From Bdellovibrionia bacterium (GTDB lineage Bacteria > Bdellovibrionota > UBA1018), in assembly GCA_045805065.1 (NCBI GenBank), contig JBJMMA010000110.1:1-13455 (forward strand): a stretch of 13,455 bases of DNA, written 5' to 3'. A program made the translations under genes and the position numbers. The notes below the pieces were generated by a model. That model ran no database searches. It was given only the letters and a program-made list of their open reading frames with translations, and was not told the origin of the DNA. Position 1 is the first letter of the stretch, and each line of letters opens with the position of its first letter. Shown here piece by piece: positions 1 to 7,596 of this stretch.

Positions 1-315
1 AAACTGCTCACCTTCGGCCACTCTCTTAGGAGTTCGGAAATAAACTTCCGTCACACCCCGTGAGTAGTTGGATCGTCCGCTGACCCACATTCCTTTTTGA
101 TCATCGATCCGGTATCGCCAACCGCCGTGGCGAAGTGTTACGTCCTTGAGCGGCTCATTCAAGGCCTCCGAAATCGGAAGCCTTCCCGTAAGCTTTGTGA
201 GTCGATCCACAATCATCTCGAATGTCGGGCACGGGCGAACGCCTGCTTCGGTGGCCAAAGCCCTCGAAGCGGCGAGCAAAAGAAGTGCAGACATCCAGTG
301 GACAGACGGTTTCAC
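1..315 (-). CDS. Hypothetical exported protein, N-terminal part (3' end outside the window)
   Basis: Manual translation of the minus strand from GTG at 315 (alternative ATG at 294) is stop-free to position 1: MKPSVHWMSALLLLAASRALATEAGVRPCPTFEMIVDRLTKLTGRLPISEALNEPLKDVTLRHGGWRYRIDDQKGMWVSGRSNYSRGVTEVYFRTPKRVAEGEQF. The N-terminus looks like a Sec signal peptide (LLLLAASRALA). It is missing from the ORF track, presumably because no stop codon lies in the window. Confidence 0.65.
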   Translation of the reverse strand, partial: MKPSVHWMSALLLLAASRALATEAGVRPCPTFEMIVDRLTKLTGRLPISEALNEPLKDVTLRHGGWRYRIDDQKGMWVSGRSNYSRGVTEVYFRTPKRVAEGEQF

Positions 316-322
316 AACTGAC

Positions 323-350
323 TTATCGGAATGTTTCGACGTTAAATTTA
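323..350 (-). promoter_or_regulatory. Putative sigma28 (FliA)-type promoter for the exported-protein gene
   Basis: The minus strand reads TAAA (350-347)-N16-TCCGATAA (330-323), against the consensus TAAA-N15-GCCGATAA. It ends 7 nt before the GTG start. Confidence 0.4.
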
Positions 351-437
351 AGCCTGAGCTACTCGATGCAACTCATTGCTTTTCTTTTTATTTTCAACAT
401 TTAACGCGCCCGCTTCCTAGCTTCTTTCATGAGACTG

Positions 438-446
438 TGGTATAAA
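438..446 (+). promoter_or_regulatory. Extended -10 promoter element of ssrA
   Basis: TGGTATAAA (TGn-TATAAa) lies 9 nt upstream of the mature tmRNA 5' end. The -35 region is weak (TAGCTT, 418-423). Confidence 0.5.
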
Positions 447-455
447 GAACAGATC

Positions 456-815
456 GGGGACGATACGGTTTCGACGGAAGTTCGGACGTTCCGGATGCAT
501 GTCGAGGCGCCACAGGCCTCGTAAAAAAGTGGCACAATGTAATTGGCGAAGCTAATTACGCAATGGCAGCTTAATCTCTTAGAGATCTAACTACCACGTC
601 TCGCCTGAGTTCGCCTGCGACCCAGGATGAGACGACATTCAGTGGGCTAGCCTGTCATCTCTCGCAGATGGCTGACGGGCGAAACTAAAGTCTGCGGGGG
701 GCTCGGAAAGTCCGCTCATGGACGTTCCAAGCTCAATCAAAAACGTGAGCTACACATGTAGATTTCGGCGACAGAAGGCTTTCGGACCTGGGTTCAATTC
801 CCAGCGTCTCCACCA
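456..815 (+). ncRNA. ssrA: tmRNA (transfer-messenger RNA, SsrA)
   Basis: Starts GGGGACGATACGGTTTCGAC and ends GGACCTGGGTTCAATTCCCAGCGTCTCCACCA. The acceptor stem GGGGACG/CGTCTCC has the G3:U70 alanine determinant. The T-arm (CTGGG-TTCAATT-CCCAG) and encoded CCA are present, as is pseudoknot 1 (CGAGG/CCTCG plus GCCAC/GTGGC). The tag ORF ends in -AA*. Length is 360 nt. Confidence 0.98.
545..574 (+). other. tmRNA proteolysis-tag reading frame (A)GEANYAMAA*
   Basis: GGC GAA GCT AAT TAC GCA ATG GCA GCT TAA follows the resume context TGTAATT just after PK1. The hydrophobic C-terminus YAMAA is typical of ssrA tags. Confidence 0.85.
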
Positions 816-820
816 TTTTG

Positions 821-860
821 AAGGGCTGAGGACAAAAATCCTCGGCCCTTTTTGTTTTCT
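821..860 (+). terminator. Rho-independent terminator of ssrA (possibly bidirectional, also for tetR)
   Basis: 12-bp stem AAGGGCTGAGGA / TCCTCGGCCCTT (one G:U pair), 6-nt loop CAAAAA, followed by TTTGTTTTCT. Confidence 0.9.
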
Positions 861-880
861 TAATTAACAACACCTTAGAC

Positions 881-1432
881 TTAGCCGCGAATTTGATCGA
901 GGAACTCCTTGGCCCGACTTTCGAGCTTTTTGCGCGGCTGCAAATTCGCCAAGACAGAGAGCCCGCCATAGAAAATGAAAATCGTTCCGGCAAGCGTTTC
1001 TGCCTTTTTCGCTTCAACACCCCCAGCTGTAAGATTGTCTTTGATCGCTAGGACTATGCGCTCGGCGTTCTCTTCACCCAGTTTTTTCAACGGCTCTTTG
1101 AGCGCAGGAATGTCTCTTGCGAATGCCAACGTCTCGAAACATCCTTTTTCCCCCTTTTGCGGGAGAACGGACAAGAGGAATGCTTCAATATTTTTCCAAC
1201 CCAGTGGCTCTTTCTGGAGCAGAAGTTTCCCTGAATAACGCTCTCGGTAGTGTCTGATGCACTCAAGAAATAAGCCCTCTTTGTCACCAAACTCGGAATA
1301 GAGCGCCGGCTTAAAAACTCCAGTCGCCTCCTCCAGATCTTTCAACGATGTATCGAGATAGCCCTTTCTCCAAAACACCTGAAGCGCCTTCTCAGTAACG
1401 TCCTCGCGCTTAAATAGCTTATTTCTTCCCAT
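881..1432 (-). CDS. TetR/AcrR family transcriptional regulator (NemR/ComR-like)
   Basis: TetR HTH: MGRNKLFKREDVTEKALQVFWRKGYLDTSLKDLEEATGVFKPALYSEFGDKEGLF, with a C-terminal KGC motif. Start reassigned to the ATG at 1432, which has an upstream AAGGA SD, giving 183 aa. The ORF-track extension to 1486 overlaps the operator/promoter region. Confidence 0.93.
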   Translation of the reverse strand: MGRNKLFKREDVTEKALQVFWRKGYLDTSLKDLEEATGVFKPALYSEFGDKEGLFLECIRHYRERYSGKLLLQKEPLGWKNIEAFLLSVLPQKGEKGCFETLAFARDIPALKEPLKKLGEENAERIVLAIKDNLTAGGVEAKKAETLAGTIFIFYGGLSVLANLQPRKKLESRAKEFLDQIRG

Positions 1433-1452
1433 ACGATCGGCCCATCCTTTGA

Positions 1453-1522
1453 ATATCATACCGCTCGGTATTCTATTCCATTGCAATCCATTTACTTCAA
1501 GCGTATATCATACCAATCGGTA
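1453..1522. promoter_or_regulatory. Two palindromic TetR operator sites in the divergent promoter
   Basis: ATATCATACCGCTCGGTA (1453-1470) and ATATCATACCAATCGGTA (1505-1522) are 16/18 identical. Each contains a TACC-N4-GGTA palindrome, and ATACCG-CT-CGGTAT at 1458-1471 has perfect arms. Confidence 0.75.
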
Positions 1523-1562
1523 CTTTAAAACACGGCCATAGCGGCTCACAGGAGATCTTCCC

Positions 1563-2309
1563 ATGAAAATCGGTATTCTCGGCGTTGGCCATATTGGAAA
1601 GACTTTAGCGATTAAGCTGAGTGCAGCTGGACATGATGTGAAAGTCGCCAATTCGCGCGGTCCTGAAACAATCGAAGCTAGCGTGCTGGCTACTGGCGCA
1701 CGGGCAACGAGAACGTCTGATGCGATCAAGGATGTCGATGTGGTGATCCTCTCAATCCCCTTGAATCGCATTCCAGAGATCGCGCCACTGATTTCAAAGC
1801 TGCCAAATGAGACCACAGTCATCGACACTTCAAACTACTATCCCATGCGTGACGGCAGGATCGACGCCATCGAAGCCGGTCAGGTCGAGAGCCTTTGGGT
1901 GGCTGAGCAACTTGGGCGACCTATCGTCAAAGCATGGAACTCAATTGGTTCAGATTCCTTTGCAAAGAAGGGTAAACCAGCAGGTAGTCCAGGACGCATC
2001 GCTCTTTCCATCGCAGCAGATCGGGAAACTGATCGCAATGTGGGAATGAAGCTCGTCGAGGACACCGGATTTGATGCTTTCGATTCTGGATCGCTTTCCG
2101 ACTCCTGGAGGCAGCAGCCAGGAGCACCCGCCTACTGTACGGATCTCCATCGAGAGGAACTCCCTGCTGCGCTGGCCTCAGCTGATAGACCTCGTTTGCC
2201 GAAGAGGCGCGATCTGGCGGTGGCCGCAGTCATGGAGCGAGTCGGAGACAGCAAAACGAATCCTGACGCAGACTTCGGCGTCCGCCTGAGTCGTGCGCTT
2301 TACATGTGA
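1563..2309 (+). CDS. NAD(P)-binding oxidoreductase, NADPH-dependent F420 reductase-like (F420_oxidored/COG2085 family)
   Basis: N-terminal Rossmann motif MKIGILGVGHIG, plus VANSRGPE, VIDTSNYYP, VKAWNSI and GFDAFDSGSLSDSWRQQPGAPAY, all typical of this family. SD CAGGAG upstream. Confidence 0.9.
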   Translation: MKIGILGVGHIGKTLAIKLSAAGHDVKVANSRGPETIEASVLATGARATRTSDAIKDVDVVILSIPLNRIPEIAPLISKLPNETTVIDTSNYYPMRDGRIDAIEAGQVESLWVAEQLGRPIVKAWNSIGSDSFAKKGKPAGSPGRIALSIAADRETDRNVGMKLVEDTGFDAFDSGSLSDSWRQQPGAPAYCTDLHREELPAALASADRPRLPKRRDLAVAAVMERVGDSKTNPDADFGVRLSRALYM

Positions 2310-2427
2310 CAGGCCGTTGTACACATCGACCGGATTCCTCAATTTTCCCTGGAGTTCCCCAACTGAGCATCGTATTTGGCGACTAAAACATGCCCGTATT
2401 ATGCCCTAGGCAGGATCCGTGTAAAAG

Positions 2428-2440
2428 AATCAAGCGCTTA
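2428..2440 (+). promoter_or_regulatory. IHF-binding consensus next to the putative attR
   Basis: AATCAAGCGCTTA is an exact match to WATCAANNNNTTR, 12 nt upstream of the duplicated tmRNA 3' end. Confidence 0.6.
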
Positions 2441-2452
2441 CAAATCAGTCTC

Positions 2453-2462
2453 CGTCTCCACC
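2453..2462 (+). repeat. Duplicated 3' fragment of ssrA (attR core)
   Basis: CGTCTCCACC is identical to 805-814. Confidence 0.65.
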
Positions 2463-2471
2463 CCTTCGAAG

Positions 2472-2516
2472 AAGGGCTCGGATTGCAGAAATGCACCGTG
2501 CCCTTTCTATTTTTCT
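2472..2516 (+). terminator. Rho-independent terminator following the ssrA fragment
   Basis: Outer stem AAGGGC-T-CGG / CCG-T-GCCCTT, inner stem TGCA-GAAA-TGCA (GNRA tetraloop), followed by TCTATTTTTCT. Confidence 0.75.
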
Positions 2517-2796
2517 CGAATCAAAGTTTATTAGCTCCACTCAACATTATTATTAAAGGCAGACGGAATAAGTGGTCAAAGAGTCTGTAGAGCAGGAGGC
2601 AAGCTAATACTTATTTCGTGGAATGTATGTTCACAATTTCCCGAGTAGCTTTATTGGCTTCGGTTTTATTCAGCTCTTCTCCTAGATATCGCGTAGCCTG
2701 CTGTCAAACTTCTTTACAGTCTATTTCTATATACCGTAGCCGAGGCTTTGGCATGACTTGCACTATCCCTTCACGTCTTGGAAGAAGGAAACACAT

Positions 2797-3261
2797 ATGA
2801 AGAAGTTTTTAGCACTCACCCTCTTCACCCTGGCTCCCATCTTGGTCGGACACAACACTCATGCTCAAGCGTCCAGTTTTGATGACATGAGTTTCGGCCC
2901 AGACAACAAATCCGCGTGCGTTGAAGGCACCTTTGCGGTACGGGGTTATCACGATACAATTGCACGGTACGCTTTTCGACTCAGGAAGAAGACAAATGGC
3001 TCTGTCGTGTTTCAATCCAAACTTAAAAACCCCAACGATCCGTTTGCAAGTGACCAAAGACAATCGAGGGTCAACCAACAGTTTACAAATGATGTACTCA
3101 AGCTGAAGCGAGTGGCCGGGGTCAGATGTCCTTGTGATTTGTTTCGGTCACAAGACGAACGTTTCGAGATCAAGATCGAAGACCCGACGGACAAACCACG
3201 AGTAAACCTCAATTACTTCGGATTTGAGGTAGAAGGCACTCACATCCGGAAGTGTAAATAA
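2797..3261 (+). CDS. Hypothetical secreted protein (154 aa, 4 Cys)
   Basis: Strong SD (GAAGGA) before the ATG at 2797. Signal peptide MKKFLALTLFTLAPILVGHNTHA. No family recognised. Confidence 0.8.
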   Translation: MKKFLALTLFTLAPILVGHNTHAQASSFDDMSFGPDNKSACVEGTFAVRGYHDTIARYAFRLRKKTNGSVVFQSKLKNPNDPFASDQRQSRVNQQFTNDVLKLKRVAGVRCPCDLFRSQDERFEIKIEDPTDKPRVNLNYFGFEVEGTHIRKCK

Positions 3262-3307
3262 AATAGCACCCGGTATCAGCAAGCATTTTGTGATAAGATC
3301 CAGCACC

Positions 3308-4294
3308 ATGAGCTTTCTCGACGCCAAGCAAACCGCACTCGTGTTAGCGCCTATGGAAGGCGTGATGGACGCACCGATGCGCGCGCTGATCGCTGACATC
3401 GGAGGATTCGACTACGGGGTTTCAGAATTCGTTCGCGTCGGCCAGGAAGTTGTCACGGCCCAGAAAATCCTGCACGAAATCCCCGACCTCACCGGTCCTA
3501 TCTTTGGAAGTGCACGCCTTCCCTTGCAATTGCAACTCCTTGGCGACTCGCCCGAACTCATGGCTGCCTCAGCAGTCGAGGGCTGTCTCGCCGGCGCGCG
3601 TGCCATCGACATCAATTTTGGTTGCCCAGCACCCACTATTCTCCGCCGCTCAGGTGGCGCTGCCCTTCTGCGAACACCCTGCGCGATTACCGAAATCGTC
3701 AGCGCGGTGCGGAAGGCACTCCCAGCAGTCATTCCGGTGTCGGCAAAAATCAGGCTCGGCTGGGACAATCCGAACGATGTCGATGTCATCGCTCGCGCGG
3801 TCGAGGACGGTGGCGCGAACTGGATTACGATTCACGCCCGCACCAAGCAAGAGCGATATCAGCCCGGCGTGCACTGGGATGCGGTGGCGCGAGTAAAATC
3901 GCGACTTTCGATTCCCGTCATCGCAAATGGTGATTTATTTACGGCTGAAGACGTCGCCCGATGTGCCGCTGAGACGGGCTGTTTTCATTTTATGATCGGA
4001 CGAGGCATCCTCAAGGATCCTTTTCTCGCCCACGACATTCGCGCTTCGCGATCCCTTCCAGCGGTCCGCACGGATATTCCAACTGAGCTTTCAGACCGAT
4101 TGCGATTAGGTATCGAACGTTATGCCGCACTCACACGAGATCAGGCGGCGAATTCTGGGTTTATCCCAAGCCGGGTCAAACAATGGATTGGTTTGGTTCG
4201 AGATATCTCGGACACCGTCCCACGCCAGGTCTTGACCGCGGTTAAGCGCGCCCGAACTACTTCTGAACTTTTGGAACTCATTCAAGAGCCTTGA
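3308..4294 (+). CDS. dusC: tRNA-dihydrouridine synthase (Dus family, DusC-like)
   Basis: Motifs LAPMEGV, SEFVRV, QLQLLG, IDINFGCP (catalytic Cys), GGAALL, VSAKIRLGW, IHART, IANGD and MIGRG. LAPMEG/EFVRV point to the DusC subfamily. Start placed at the ATG at 3308 (the ORF track opens at 3290). Confidence 0.9.
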   Translation: MSFLDAKQTALVLAPMEGVMDAPMRALIADIGGFDYGVSEFVRVGQEVVTAQKILHEIPDLTGPIFGSARLPLQLQLLGDSPELMAASAVEGCLAGARAIDINFGCPAPTILRRSGGAALLRTPCAITEIVSAVRKALPAVIPVSAKIRLGWDNPNDVDVIARAVEDGGANWITIHARTKQERYQPGVHWDAVARVKSRLSIPVIANGDLFTAEDVARCAAETGCFHFMIGRGILKDPFLAHDIRASRSLPAVRTDIPTELSDRLRLGIERYAALTRDQAANSGFIPSRVKQWIGLVRDISDTVPRQVLTAVKRARTTSELLELIQEP

Positions 4295-4388
4295 AGCTCA
4301 GGAACGACGCCTGCACATCCTTCTTTAGCGATGCCCTCTGGCAAGCCATTGAAAAGAAAAAGCACACACAGGCTATACGACTATCCGA

Positions 4389-5294
4389 TTAAGACCGAAT
4401 TTTGCTTTCACTTCTAATATGATCAACAAAGGCGCGAAGCTTTGGCAAAGCCTGCGATCTCTTCGGGTAATAGAGATAGAATCCGCCACTGATGGCCGCA
4501 TACTGGTTAAGCACGACCTCAAGCTTTCCAGATTCAATCTTGTCCCGAATCAAGTCCTCAGCGTAATAAATAACCCCTGTTCCACCCAAAGCAGCATTCA
4601 TCATCAGTGCGGTATCATTCAAAATCAAAGAGCCGCTCACATGAACTTGAAACTCTTTGCCCTTTTCCTCGAACTCCCATCGCTCATAAAGCTCGTTATC
4701 CCCTAGCCGCATCCTGATGCAATTATGTGCAAGCAGATCCTTGGGATGCTTAGGTCGACCCATTTTATTAAAATACTTTGGCGATCCGGCAATAACGAAA
4801 CGAACCGGGCCTAAAAGCTTTAAAGCCACCATGTCTTTGGCCATCATTTCTGACAATCGGACGCCAGCGTCGAAGCCTCTTTCGACCACGTCGGATAAAT
4901 CATCGTCAAAGAAAAGTTCCAAGGTCACTTCCGGATACTTCTTTGCAAAGCTGGTAATGAGCGGCTCCATCAAATTCGGATAAGCCGCCCTGGGGAGATT
5001 CAGTCTCAGCAAACCCGATGGGCGCTCGGCATAAGCCCCTATGTGCTCCATCGCATGCAGTATCTGATCGAGCGCGGGTCCGGCTTCGCTCAAAAATCGA
5101 TCCCCTGCTTCCGTCAGACTAATGCTTCGAGTTGTTCGGGCCAGCAGCGCAACTCCCAGCCGCTGCTCGAGCTGCTTGATGGATTGACTCACTGCTGAAG
5201 CTGAAACCCCAAGTACCTCGGCACCCTCTGTGAAGCTTCTCTTATCAGCTACTGCCTTGAGGGCGATCAGGCCGTTCAGTTGGTCGGTTTGCAT
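4389..5294 (-). CDS. LysR family transcriptional regulator (CrgA/DmlR-like)
   Basis: HTH SFTEGAEVLGVSASAVSQSIKQLEQRLGVALLARTTRSISLTEAG. The substrate domain PSGLLRLNLP...DVVERGFDAGVRL...GFYLYYP...PKLRAFVD is CrgA-like. Confidence 0.96.
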   Translation of the reverse strand: MQTDQLNGLIALKAVADKRSFTEGAEVLGVSASAVSQSIKQLEQRLGVALLARTTRSISLTEAGDRFLSEAGPALDQILHAMEHIGAYAERPSGLLRLNLPRAAYPNLMEPLITSFAKKYPEVTLELFFDDDLSDVVERGFDAGVRLSEMMAKDMVALKLLGPVRFVIAGSPKYFNKMGRPKHPKDLLAHNCIRMRLGDNELYERWEFEEKGKEFQVHVSGSLILNDTALMMNAALGGTGVIYYAEDLIRDKIESGKLEVVLNQYAAISGGFYLYYPKRSQALPKLRAFVDHIRSESKIRS

Positions 5295-5296
5295 TA

Positions 5297-5311
5297 TTAA
5301 GTATTCCTTAA
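5297..5311. promoter_or_regulatory. LysR recognition site (T-N11-A box)
   Basis: Perfect inverted repeat TTAAG-N5-CTTAA, 2 nt from the lysR start codon and overlapping its SD. T5298-N11-A5310. Confidence 0.7.
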
Positions 5312-5388
5312 AGGCTCATCAACATAGGTGCCATTTATCTTAAAGGTCGTCCAGCGTAGATTGAGGTCAAACGAAAGGACCCTAAACA

Positions 5389-7456
<2,068 letters not shown>

Positions 7457-7535
7457 GCGGATCAAGATCTTTGATATCTGGGCTTTTGACGAGGTCATCG
7501 CCTTGTTGTTTGATACTCCACGCTCGCTTCAGTCT

Positions 7536-7552
7536 TTGGCGCACTGCTTGTA
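7536..7552 (+). promoter_or_regulatory. Possible sigma54 (-24/-12) promoter for the hybrid kinase gene
   Basis: TTGGCGC-ACTGC-TTGTA gives GG-N10-GT, whereas the consensus is TGGCAC-N5-TTGC. It lies about 45 nt upstream of the ATG at 7597. Confidence 0.35.
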
Positions 7553-7596
7553 TGCAAACCTACGTGCCAACGGTGACTTTCCGTTCGGAAGGAGTT

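Larger units (their letters stand above)
805..2462. mobile_element. Degenerate/minimal genomic island integrated at the ssrA 3' end (attL 805-814, attR 2453-2462), without integrase
   Basis: Direct repeat CGTCTCCACC at 805-814 (tmRNA 3' end) and 2453-2462. Each copy is followed by a GAAGGGCT...GCCCTT terminator hairpin. IHF-like sites sit just inside both ends (865-877 and 2428-2440). Confidence 0.6.

Noticed and set aside
97..445. Three short plus-strand ORFs
   Set aside because: They are shadows of the minus-strand exported-protein gene and run into the ssrA promoter. No SD or recognisable motifs.
733..1020. 95-aa minus-strand ORF (...KMVETLGIEPRSES...)
   Set aside because: Antisense to the tmRNA 3' end and terminator, and out of frame inside tetR. 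'MVE..GIEP.S' is the usual shadow translation of tRNA-like ends.
2306..2386. Frame VTGRCTH..., reminiscent of the integrase C-terminal T-x-R-Y-x-H motif, next to the att arm
   Set aside because: Only a few residues match and the catalytic Tyr is absent. Too weak to call an integrase remnant.
2611..2754. Minus-strand frame MPKPRLRYIEIDCKEV*QQATRYLGEELNKTEANKATREIVNIHSTK, faintly like a zf-HC2 anti-sigma N-terminus
   Set aside because: Short, has an internal stop and lacks the HxxxCxxC motif. Cannot be supported as a pseudogene without a homology search.
4331..4354. ATGCCC plus a reverse IHF-like word (CAAGCCATTGAAA) between dus and lysR
   Set aside because: One mismatch to the IHF consensus, a single repeat copy and no att core nearby.
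7471..7596. 42-codon N-terminal extension of the kinase in the ORF track
   Set aside because: Non-ATG start, no domain similarity, and it overlaps the promoter-like palindrome. The REC domain and SD favour the ATG at 7597.
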